Part shown: positions 28,703 through 37,339 of the stretch, in pieces | Layout: every line of letters starts with the position of its first letter | How positions within the stretch are numbered: the first letter of the stretch is position 1 | From: Fimbriimonadales bacterium | GTDB lineage: Bacteria > Armatimonadota > Fimbriimonadia > Fimbriimonadales > ATM1 | Direction: 5' to 3' | Assembly (NCBI GenBank): GCA_051003155.1 | Contig: JBPCLO010000038.1 | Coordinates: 1 to 44,738, forward strand | Length of the DNA: 44,738 nt | Made by a program: the position numbers and the translations under genes | The notes under the pieces: generated by a model | What the model was told of the DNA's origin: nothing | Databases searched by the model: none | Seen by the model: the letters and a program-made list of their open reading frames with translations, nothing else

Positions 28703-30124
28703 ATGAACGCTCAATCAAGGACATTGTTGCTCGCCATGGCGAGCGTCGGAATCGGCGGCCTTGCCATCGGTTCGCATGCGTCTCTGAGCCCTAGCTTCGA
28801 GGCTTTAGGCAAGAGCTTGTCGAAGTTGGCCGTCCCGGTTCAAATCGACACGCAGAAGGTTGCAACCACGCTCAAGGGCAAGATGACTGAGCTCAAAGGG
28901 CTCAAGGACAAAGCTTCGTCGGTAACTCAAAAGATCGGCACGCTCGCTGCGGAAGGCAACTTGCCGACCAGCGACGAGGGGATCAAAGTCCTGCAAGACC
29001 TGGTCGATCAGTTGAAGCAGACCAATGAGGCTCTAAAGAAGGTTCAGGAAGACGTGGACGGCATTCTCGGATGGATCGAGGGCCAGAACGAAAACCTACC
29101 CATTATGCAAGCCGACATAGCCGCACTCAAGAAGATTAAGACGAGCTTTTATACGCAGTTCCAGTGGCAAGACACCGATTCCGAAGACGGGTCGAGTAAG
29201 CGAAACGACGGATTCCAACTTCGACGCTTCCGCGTGGGTGCTACCTACACTCATGATGAGCGAACGAGCGCAAAGGCGACGTTCGATGTTTCGACAGGTA
29301 GCAACAGAACAGCCGCCGAGTTGAAGGACGCTTTCATCACCTATGCGATCCGGCCGACAGTCACCGAGGTGGGCACCGAAGTCCAGATGGGCCAGCAGCC
29401 GCTTCCCTTAGGCTTCGACCTCGAGCGATCGTCGAGCGAGCGCGAGATGCCCGAAAGAGCCCTCTACAACCGACGTCTCTTCGCTGGCGAACGCGACCGA
29501 GGCGTTATGGTCCGACACGGCTTGGGCGCCGGTTGGCAGGCGCAGATCGGCATGTGGAACGGCTTGACCGTCAGCGATCCTCAGGCCTCCGGCTTCCGCG
29601 ACATCGACAACAAAGTCGCCTTCACGGTCGGCGCGAAGAAAGAGGCGGTGAACCATGAGTACGGCATCTCGGCGCTTTTTGGAAACAGGCCCGCTTTCAC
29701 CGCGGACAACGGGGTGGAAGTCTCACAAGCGGACCGTGCTGTAGTCTTCCTGCACGGCTCATATATCGGACTCTTCACCGAGGCCCTGACAGCTCGCGCC
29801 GAGGTCATGTTCGGAAAGGATCGGGATCCGTTAGGCGGTATTGCCGATCCGAAGTTCGATCAGGAGACAGACGTGCTGGGTTGGCAGGCGCAGTTGACCT
29901 ACAACCTCAGTTTTGCGAACCAGCTCACGGTTCGCTTCGACAGCTACGACCCGGATACCGACGATGTGACGGGCAGCAACAACCGCATCGACACCTGGGG
30001 TGTCACTCTCGCCCACTGGTTCAATCCCGCCTTCCGATTGTCGTTGACCTACGAGTCGCCCAATGAACAGGGCACGGAAAAGAGGGACAACGTCTGGACC
30101 CTTCGGAGCCAGTTCAAGCTCTAG
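28703..30124 (+). CDS. Phosphate-selective porin (OprO/OprP-like) with N-terminal coiled coil
   Basis: FQLRRFRV, LKDAFI, GQ...P.G.+.+.SS....PER, RDRG; C-terminal aromatic QFKL; first gene of the pst operon. Confidence 0.8.
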   Translation: MNAQSRTLLLAMASVGIGGLAIGSHASLSPSFEALGKSLSKLAVPVQIDTQKVATTLKGKMTELKGLKDKASSVTQKIGTLAAEGNLPTSDEGIKVLQDLVDQLKQTNEALKKVQEDVDGILGWIEGQNENLPIMQADIAALKKIKTSFYTQFQWQDTDSEDGSSKRNDGFQLRRFRVGATYTHDERTSAKATFDVSTGSNRTAAELKDAFITYAIRPTVTEVGTEVQMGQQPLPLGFDLERSSSEREMPERALYNRRLFAGERDRGVMVRHGLGAGWQAQIGMWNGLTVSDPQASGFRDIDNKVAFTVGAKKEAVNHEYGISALFGNRPAFTADNGVEVSQADRAVVFLHGSYIGLFTEALTARAEVMFGKDRDPLGGIADPKFDQETDVLGWQAQLTYNLSFANQLTVRFDSYDPDTDDVTGSNNRIDTWGVTLAHWFNPAFRLSLTYESPNEQGTEKRDNVWTLRSQFKL

Positions 30125-30152
30125 TTATTGCCGAAATCATAAGGAGAACATC

Positions 30153-30977
30153 ATGATGACCATAGCACTTGCAGCAGCAATCGCAGCAGCGCCGATCGGG
30201 GCGCCCGCCAAGGAAATTAGCATCAAGGGTTCCGATACCCTTCTCGTCCTCAATCAGCGTTGGGCGGAAGCCTACGAAGGCGTCGATTCCAAGGTCAGCG
30301 TTGCCGTGACCGGCGGCGGTTCGAGCATCGGCATCAGCGCCTTCATCAACGGCGTCACCGACATCGCGGCTTCGTCCCGGCCGATGAAGAAGAGCGAAAT
30401 CGACAAGGCGCGCAGCCGCGGTTCGCTTAGCAACGCAATCCCCGTCGCGCTCGACGGCCTAGCCATTCTCGTGAACGATGCCAATCCTGTCAAATCCCTG
30501 ACTCTTCCGCAGCTCGCGGCCATCTACACGGGCCGCGTGAAGAACTGGAAGCAAGTCGGCGGCCCGGACCTCGGCATCGTGGTCTTCAGCCGCGATAGCA
30601 ACTCAGGCACTTACGGGTTCTTCCAGGAGAGGGTCCTTCGCAACGCGGCCTGGGGCGGCGCAACCCGCTTCCTTCCTTCAACGAGTGAAGAGGCCCGCGA
30701 AGTTGCCCGGACGAAGGGCGGCATCGCCTACGGCGGCGTCGCGTACTTCATGAATAAAGCCAACACGAATATCGTCGCCGTCGCTCCACGCGCAGGCGCA
30801 GCTCCTGTAATGCCGACAGAGGATATGGTTCGGACGAAGAAGTACCCCATTTGGCGGTACCTCTACTACTACACCAACGGCAAGCCGAAAGGCGACGTCG
30901 CAAAGTTCATCCGTTTCTGCCTCTCCCCAGATGGCCAGAAAATCGTCGAGAGAGTCGGCTACTACAGCGTCAAATAG
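30153..30977 (+). CDS. pstS: Phosphate ABC transporter substrate-binding protein
   Basis: IKGSDT, GGGSSIGI, DIAASSR, SRDSNSGTYGFF, YPIWRYLY; SD AAGGAG. Confidence 0.93.
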   Translation: MMTIALAAAIAAAPIGAPAKEISIKGSDTLLVLNQRWAEAYEGVDSKVSVAVTGGGSSIGISAFINGVTDIAASSRPMKKSEIDKARSRGSLSNAIPVALDGLAILVNDANPVKSLTLPQLAAIYTGRVKNWKQVGGPDLGIVVFSRDSNSGTYGFFQERVLRNAAWGGATRFLPSTSEEAREVARTKGGIAYGGVAYFMNKANTNIVAVAPRAGAAPVMPTEDMVRTKKYPIWRYLYYYTNGKPKGDVAKFIRFCLSPDGQKIVERVGYYSVK

Positions 30978-31022
30978 CGATGCCTGGTGCCCCCGCCATC
31001 CTTGGCTGGGGCACTTCTATCT

Positions 31023-32483
31023 ATGAAGTTTAAGGCGGGAGAATGGATAGCCGAAAAGTTAGTCTACGTGGCCGGCGGTTTGCTCGTCATCATTGTCCTG
31101 GCCCTCTTCTTCTACTTAAGCCGTGAGTCGAGCTCTGCTTTCGACCAGCCTTACACTTACGGTTTTCGGATTGCCGTCCGGCCGCTCGTCGAACAGCCCG
31201 ATCCTGTCACCGGCGAACTCGTCACCGATCTGAGCACGGACATCAATGCGACTTTGCTTGCCGCGAATCCCGAGGGCGAAGACGGGGTCGACGGTAAGGA
31301 GGAAGGAGTTCTGGCCCTATCGGTCGGAGATCCCATGGCAGAGTTCCCACTGGCCACAGGCACGCCTCTTGTCGCCGGAACCCTTTACAAAGATGACTGG
31401 AGGGGACCCCAAAGGATTAGCAAGACGGAATCGTTCAAAGTGCACGCATTCGCAATGCCCGGCTATGCCGAGAACAAAATGCGTCTCGTTTGGCAGCCGG
31501 ACAGCGACTTTGTGGCCAGCTCTTCTCCGTTCAATTTCAAGCTGCGTGTCGTTTCTGCGGCCGTGGGCTCATTGCCAAGGGACTGGGAGATCGATCTGTC
31601 GGAACGGCCAAGTGGATCGGTCGAGATTCCCACCTATATTGCTGAGACTGACTCCGACCGTACCAAAGGTTACACTTTTGAACTAACGGCAGAGCCCTCC
31701 AAGACGGGCTTCATCGCAACGATGGCCGGATTCCTATCGACCGATTGGCAGCCGTTTTCCCAGTATCCCAGATACGGCTTCGTGCCACTGCTTCTGGGCA
31801 CCGCTTTGATGGCGTGCATCGCCATGCTGATCGCCTTACCGATCGGCGTGAGCGCGGCAATCTTTTTGTCTGAGATCGCGTCGCGGCGAATAAGCGAGTG
31901 GCTCAAGCCGGTTATCGAATTGCTGGCGAGTGTCCCAACCGTGATTCTCGGCTATATCGGCCTCATGATCGTAGTTCCAGGCATCCAGAGCACCTTCGGC
32001 AAGGCACTAGGAATGACATCCGGGCGTTCGTTGATTACCGCTTCCCTTATCTTGGCGCTGCTGATTTTGCCGACGATCGTGTCGCTCACCGAAGACTCTT
32101 TGCGCGGCGTTTCTCGCCATCTGAAGGATTCTGCGCACGCCCTCGGCCTAACCTCGCACGAAACATTCAAGAACGTAATCTTCCCCGCTTGCAAAGCCGG
32201 AGTTGTGGCCGCCGCCCTGCTCGCATTTGCCCGTGCGATAGGCGAAACAATGATCGTGTGGATGCTCAGCGGCGGCACGGTCACCATGCCGAAGCCCAAC
32301 CTGGCGACGACCCTTGGCTCGTCGACGCGCGGTATCGCCGACACCGTCGCCATCGAAACCACCAACGTCGAATTCGGTGGAGTTCACTACGGACATCTGT
32401 TCCTCATCGCGCTGGTCTTGTTTTGCCTGACATTGGCAATCAACCTCGCCGCTTTCAACCTGGGGAGGCGACGGTGGCAGTAA
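31023..32483 (+). CDS. pstC: Phosphate ABC transporter permease with a large extracytoplasmic insertion
   Basis: YGFVPLLLGT, LKPVIELLASVPTVILG, RAIGETM. Confidence 0.9.
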   Translation: MKFKAGEWIAEKLVYVAGGLLVIIVLALFFYLSRESSSAFDQPYTYGFRIAVRPLVEQPDPVTGELVTDLSTDINATLLAANPEGEDGVDGKEEGVLALSVGDPMAEFPLATGTPLVAGTLYKDDWRGPQRISKTESFKVHAFAMPGYAENKMRLVWQPDSDFVASSSPFNFKLRVVSAAVGSLPRDWEIDLSERPSGSVEIPTYIAETDSDRTKGYTFELTAEPSKTGFIATMAGFLSTDWQPFSQYPRYGFVPLLLGTALMACIAMLIALPIGVSAAIFLSEIASRRISEWLKPVIELLASVPTVILGYIGLMIVVPGIQSTFGKALGMTSGRSLITASLILALLILPTIVSLTEDSLRGVSRHLKDSAHALGLTSHETFKNVIFPACKAGVVAAALLAFARAIGETMIVWMLSGGTVTMPKPNLATTLGSSTRGIADTVAIETTNVEFGGVHYGHLFLIALVLFCLTLAINLAAFNLGRRRWQ

Positions 32484-33376
32484 GGCTTGCCACTGCGGAG
32501 CTGGCACAACGCGACCAAGCCCGCGACAGGCGCAGCGCCTTGAATGCGGTCTGGCTGTGGTCGTCGGGAATAGCTGTTTGCGGCTTGATTGTCGCGATTG
32601 TCCTTGCTATCCTGATCAAGGGTTTGCCCGCGATGAGCTGGGAGTTTCTCGCCTCGCGGCCCACCGAAGGCATGACCGGCGGAGGCATCTGGCCGATGAT
32701 TCGCGGCTCCTTGCTGCTCCTCGTTGGAACCGGTCTCATCGTTGTGCCGACGGCCGTCCTTGGCGGTATTTTCCTTGCCGAGTACAGCAAGGACAACCTC
32801 CTGACGCGCAGCGTCCGGTCCTGCGTCGTCGCGCTCGCGGGCACGCCGTCCATAGTCTATGGCCTTTTCGGCTTCGCCGTCTTCGTGCTTTCGATGAAGA
32901 TGGGCTTTAGCCTGATGGCGGGATGGCTGACGCTGGCGCTGTATTCTTTGCCGATCATCGTGCTCACCACGGAGAACGCACTGCGAGCCGTGCCTCCTGC
33001 TCTCGGCGAGTCGGGCCTCTCACTTGGCCTTTCGAAATGGCAGACCATACGACGAATCGCCCTGCCTTATGCTGCGCCGGGGATCATGACCGGCATTGTA
33101 ATGACGACCGGCCGTGCCGCCGGTGAGGCGCCGCCAATCCTGCTCACGGCAGGCCTCTACTACTCGACGGCTGACCTCAAACTGAATCTCGACACGCTCA
33201 GCCAGCCCGTCGCCAACCTTCCCTACCATCTGGCCGAAGGATATCGCCAGGGTGGGGTCATACCGGAGAACAACATATGGGGAACCTGCTTAACACTGAT
33301 GCTGCTCGTGCTTCTGGTCAATCTAACGGCTATCGTCGTTCGCAACCGGGCGAGGCGCTCTCAGGAGCTCCACTAA
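32474..33376 (+). CDS. pstA: Phosphate ABC transporter permease
   Basis: GTG start after GGGAGG; GGIWPMIRGS, LAGTPSIVYGLFG, GRAAGEAPP. Confidence 0.92.
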   Translation: MAVRLATAELAQRDQARDRRSALNAVWLWSSGIAVCGLIVAIVLAILIKGLPAMSWEFLASRPTEGMTGGGIWPMIRGSLLLLVGTGLIVVPTAVLGGIFLAEYSKDNLLTRSVRSCVVALAGTPSIVYGLFGFAVFVLSMKMGFSLMAGWLTLALYSLPIIVLTTENALRAVPPALGESGLSLGLSKWQTIRRIALPYAAPGIMTGIVMTTGRAAGEAPPILLTAGLYYSTADLKLNLDTLSQPVANLPYHLAEGYRQGGVIPENNIWGTCLTLMLLVLLVNLTAIVVRNRARRSQELH

Positions 33377-34137
33377 CGATTTCCGAGCCGGTCGTTGCCA
33401 CGCGAGACGTGAATTTCTTTTACGGCGCGCACCAGGCGCTGATCGACGTCAGCTTGGATTTTCCGCGCAATACCGTTACCGCCTTGATCGGGCCGAGCGG
33501 CTGCGGCAAAAGCACGTACCTGCGCTGCATCAGCCGCATGAACGACCGCATACCGAGCGCTCGGATGGACGGAACGGTGCTCGTCGAAGGCGAGGACATC
33601 TACTCCCGGCGCACCAACCTTGTCCAACTTCGTCGCAGGGTCGGAATGATCTTCCAACGGCCGGCGCCGTTCCCCGGAACGATCTTCGACAATGTCGCGC
33701 TCGCCCCTCGGCTTCACTACGGGCTATCGAAGTCGGAACTCGCCGATTTGGTCGAAGAGGCGCTCACCAAGGCGGTCCTATGGGACGAAGTGAAAGATTC
33801 GCTCAAGAAAAGCTCGCTTGCGCTTTCCGGGGGGCAGCAGCAGCGTCTCTGCATCGCGCGAACGCTGGCCGTGCAGCCGCACATCATATTGATGGACGAG
33901 CCGTGCAGCGCGCTCGATCCGATAAGCACGGCGAAGATCGAGGAACTGATCCATGAACTGGCCAAGGACTACACGTTGATCGTCGTTACGCACAATCTAC
34001 ACCAGGCCGCGCGGGTGAGCGAGTACACGGCGTTTTTCCTAAATGGACGAGTTATCGAACACGCCAAGACGGACGAGATATTTCAGAGGCCGGCAGTGGC
34101 GGAGACCGAAGACTACGTAAGCGGCCGTTTCGGTTAG
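33373..34137 (+). CDS. pstB: Phosphate ABC transporter ATPase (start codon uncertain)
   Basis: ALIGPSGCGKST, LSGGQQQRLCIAR, MDEPCSALDPIST, C-terminal TEDYVSGRFG. Confidence 0.93.
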   Translation, partial: LTISEPVVATRDVNFFYGAHQALIDVSLDFPRNTVTALIGPSGCGKSTYLRCISRMNDRIPSARMDGTVLVEGEDIYSRRTNLVQLRRRVGMIFQRPAPFPGTIFDNVALAPRLHYGLSKSELADLVEEALTKAVLWDEVKDSLKKSSLALSGGQQQRLCIARTLAVQPHIILMDEPCSALDPISTAKIEELIHELAKDYTLIVVTHNLHQAARVSEYTAFFLNGRVIEHAKTDEIFQRPAVAETEDYVSGRFG

Positions 34138-34162
34138 ACGCGGATTGCAGGCATCGCCAAGG

Positions 34163-34414
34163 ATGGATAGGTTCGTCCGGTTCTTCACATCCCTTCCCGC
34201 AACAAGCAAGGGCCGCCACCTTGCGGACAACCCGGACACAAAATACAAAGAGGCCCCGATGGAGTACTTATCGAAAGCCGGTGAGCGCGTTTCGTGGAAA
34301 GGGCTTGGAGAAGAGTTTGCGAATCACACGTTCCGATTCCAAGTGATCGATCAAGGAAAGTACGACCACAACTGGGGCGATCGCTTGAAATCTATGATGG
34401 AGGCAACGGCTTAG
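34163..34414 (+). pseudogene. Probable C-terminal remnant of a type III restriction endonuclease-like gene
   Basis: SKGRHLADNPDTKYK...W..L.EEFANHTFRFQV...W resembles the 'ETKG.HL..N.DT.YK' tail of type III Res proteins (recalled pattern, not searched). No helicase portion upstream. Confidence 0.45.
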
Positions 34415-34522
34415 GAGCGGATTCTTGAATCCTACATTGGTCCGTTTCATATCGGCCGCTGCGCGTATCTATGCCCCGATAAAAAGGCGCGCGTCGGGGA
34501 TCGTGGGGAACAATAGTTCTTC

Positions 34523-35425
34523 ATGAAACGGATCGTAAGCGTGAGCCTGGGCTCCAGCAAACGCGACAAGTCGAGCACGGCCACCACCCTCCTGGGCGAG
34601 CAGTTTTGCCTCGAACGAATCGGCGTCGACGGCGATCTCGATAAGTTCGCCGCCATGTTCAAAGAACTCGACGGCGAGGTCGACGCTTTTGGCATCGGGG
34701 GCGCTGACCTCTACCTCTGGTTGGGAGACCGCCGGTACACGTTCCGCCAGATTAAATCTCTGGTTTCGGGGGCTGTAAAAACCCCCGTCGTGGACGGCAG
34801 CGGCCTGAAAAACACCCTGGAGCCAAGGCTGATCGCGCGACTAAACGACGACGGCGTCGTGGATTTCAAGAGTAGCCGCTGCCTGCTTACCGGCGCGGTC
34901 GATCGGTTCGGAATGGCGCAAGCGCTCGCCAACGTTTGCCCGCGCGTGGTTTACGGCGACCTCATGTTCAGCCTCGGCTTGCCGATTCGCCTCACCAGCT
35001 ACCGGACGGTCGAGATCGTCGGTCGGATCCTACTGCCGATCGTCACCCGGCTCCCCTTCAAATGGTTCTATCCGACCGGTGAAAAGCAAGACAAGCGAAC
35101 CCCGAAGTTCGCCGGGGCATTCGACGAGGCCGACGTGATCTGCGGTGACTGGCACTTCATCAAGCGGTATTGTCCGGACCGGATGGACGGCAAGACAATC
35201 ATCACCAACACGATTCGGAAGAACGACCTCGAGTTTCTAAGGGGGGCAGGAATCAAGAAGGCGATCGCGAGCACGCCGACGGTGGATGGTGAGTCATTCG
35301 GAACGAACGTAATGGAGGCGGCCCTGGTGGCGATTCTCGGAAAAAAACCCGAAGAACTTACGAAAGCGGATTACGAAAGGGCTGTAGACAGGCTGGGCTG
35401 GGAGCCCAGCACTTTCGAGCTCTAG
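34523..35425 (+). CDS. Conserved protein (family often auto-annotated 'quinate 5-dehydrogenase'; function unproven)
   Basis: VSVSLGSSKRD, RIGVDGD, TPVVDGSGLKNTLE, VDRFGMA, SFGTNVMEA. Confidence 0.75.
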   Translation: MKRIVSVSLGSSKRDKSSTATTLLGEQFCLERIGVDGDLDKFAAMFKELDGEVDAFGIGGADLYLWLGDRRYTFRQIKSLVSGAVKTPVVDGSGLKNTLEPRLIARLNDDGVVDFKSSRCLLTGAVDRFGMAQALANVCPRVVYGDLMFSLGLPIRLTSYRTVEIVGRILLPIVTRLPFKWFYPTGEKQDKRTPKFAGAFDEADVICGDWHFIKRYCPDRMDGKTIITNTIRKNDLEFLRGAGIKKAIASTPTVDGESFGTNVMEAALVAILGKKPEELTKADYERAVDRLGWEPSTFEL

Positions 35426-35634
35426 GGCTCCGTCCGCGTATCGGATTCGAGGGCGTCCTGCTTGGCCTTATCCATCAGCTTCTTGCCCTCGTCGATGCCC
35501 TTCTGGAACTCACCCGCGCCACGCCCGAGCGAACGCATAAGCGAAGGTATGCGGCTGCCGCCGAACAAGACCAAGATGATCACAGCGATCCACATGACCT
35601 CATTCATTGCCAGAAATGCTATTGGTAGGTTCAT
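35422..35634 (-). CDS. tatA: Twin-arginine translocase TatA/TatE
   Basis: TM-LFGGSRIPSLMRSLGRGAGEFQKG. Confidence 0.9.
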   Translation of the reverse strand: MNLPIAFLAMNEVMWIAVIILVLFGGSRIPSLMRSLGRGAGEFQKGIDEGKKLMDKAKQDALESDTRTEP

Positions 35635-35688
35635 CAGATTCCCATAGATTATACGATTAACGGGGCCTCCAGTGGCTAAAATGAACCG

Positions 35689-37035
35689 ATGGCGCGAGAA
35701 GAACTGAGGAATCTGCCCAGCGTTGCGAAGCTGATTGCTGCGCCCGAACTCGCCGCGTTCTCTCATCGCAACGCAGTGCTTGGGGCACGCGAAGCACTGA
35801 GCGAAGCTCGGGAGGCTCAAAACGGGAGGCCGAGTGCCGATCGAATTCTGGAACGCGCCGCTGAGATCGCGAAACGCAGTTCCCAATCCGCGTACGGTCC
35901 GGCAATCAACTGCACAGGCACAATTCTGAACACAGGATTGGGCCGCGCGCGACTCGCAATAGCTGCAGTCGAAGCGATCGCGAACTCAGCAGCATCGCAC
36001 ACTGTCTTGGAACTCGACTTGGAGACCGGACGACGTGGCGACCGTCAGGCTGCGCTGGAAAGGCTACTCTGCGAGTTGACAGGGGCCGACGCGGCGTTGG
36101 TCGTGAACAACAACGCTGCAGCCGTCATGATTGCGATCAACACCCTTGCTTGCGGCATGGAGGTTCTCCTCTCCCGCGGCCAAAGCGTTGAGATCGGCGG
36201 CTCGTTCCGAATGCCCGACGTCATCCGTGGCGCTGGGGGAAATCTGGTAGACGTTGGATGCACCAACCGCACCCGCGCATCCGACTACGCGGACGCCGTT
36301 ACCGAAAACACCGCGGCCATACTTCGCTGTCACCCGAGCAATTTCACGATCACGGGATTTGTCGAAGAGCCGACAATCTCCGAACTTGCCGAAGTCGCCG
36401 CCGAGCACGATCTTTCTTTTGTCGACGACGTGGGCAGCGGCTGCCTCATCGATACCGCGGCTTACGGCCTGCCACACGAGCCAACGCTTTCCGATTCTTT
36501 GCAAGGAGGCGCGCAGCTCGTAACTGCGAGCGGCGACAAACTTCTCGGCGGTCCGCAAGCAGGAATCATCCTCGGCAGGCGTGAGATCATCGACAGAGTA
36601 CGAAAGAACCCGATCGCCAGGGCTGTGCGAATCGATAAGCAAACAGCCGCCGGCCTCGAGGCGACGCTCAAGCTTTACGCGGACGGTATCGAGGGCGAAA
36701 TTCCGACCATTGCGTACCTATCCAGGTCTGCAACTGATGTCCGCAGCCTCGCGAATAAGCTAGCGAAAAAGCTCGCCGAACGAAAGGTCGAATCATCAGT
36801 AGAAATTGCCACCTGCGAAATCGGAGGAGGTTCTTTGCCGGGAGTTTCGCTGCCGAGCTACCGCGTGGCGATAACGGCCGATGATCCGGATGGATTTGCG
36901 CGATCGCTCAGGCTGTCCCGCCCGGCGGTTGTGGGATATATCGAAAAGGGCAGAGTCTGCCTCGACATGCGAACTGTCGATTCGGATGAGATCCCGGCAA
37001 TGGAGAAAGCCATCGCCGCTGCGGTGCGCGGTTGA
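35689..37035 (+). CDS. selA: L-seryl-tRNA(Sec) selenium transferase
   Basis: LRNLPSV, IN.TG..L.T.LGRA, VNNNAAA, SRGQ.VEIGGSFRMPD, SGDKLLGGPQAG, GGGSLP. Confidence 0.93.
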   Translation: MAREELRNLPSVAKLIAAPELAAFSHRNAVLGAREALSEAREAQNGRPSADRILERAAEIAKRSSQSAYGPAINCTGTILNTGLGRARLAIAAVEAIANSAASHTVLELDLETGRRGDRQAALERLLCELTGADAALVVNNNAAAVMIAINTLACGMEVLLSRGQSVEIGGSFRMPDVIRGAGGNLVDVGCTNRTRASDYADAVTENTAAILRCHPSNFTITGFVEEPTISELAEVAAEHDLSFVDDVGSGCLIDTAAYGLPHEPTLSDSLQGGAQLVTASGDKLLGGPQAGIILGRREIIDRVRKNPIARAVRIDKQTAAGLEATLKLYADGIEGEIPTIAYLSRSATDVRSLANKLAKKLAERKVESSVEIATCEIGGGSLPGVSLPSYRVAITADDPDGFARSLRLSRPAVVGYIEKGRVCLDMRTVDSDEIPAMEKAIAAAVRG

Positions 37036-37316
37036 GCGCCCGAGACGACCGAATTAGTGTTTATGCCGTCGCCACTGCGTATGAACTGGGTGCACGCGAT
37101 GGCGATCTGGTGGCTGTGCGAATGCACAAGGCGAATCTTCCGGCCAAACTCAAACAAGTGATCGAGCTTGCAACATTGTTCGACGAGTTGGTGCACGAAA
37201 ACAAGACGCATACGGAGCACGAGGCAATTTCCGCGGTGCGCGCGCGTTTCGAATCGGCAATAGCCGAAGCATTCTTGAAAGTGCAACATCTCATCCAGCC
37301 GGTCGAATATGATTGA
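37032..37316 (+). CDS. Hypothetical protein
   Basis: 94-aa ORF with TTGA overlap on the selA stop; fills the gap before the convergent yitJ. Confidence 0.5.
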   Translation: MSARDDRISVYAVATAYELGARDGDLVAVRMHKANLPAKLKQVIELATLFDELVHENKTHTEHEAISAVRARFESAIAEAFLKVQHLIQPVEYD

Positions 37317-37339
37317 CGAACCGTTTGCGGAATCTTGCG

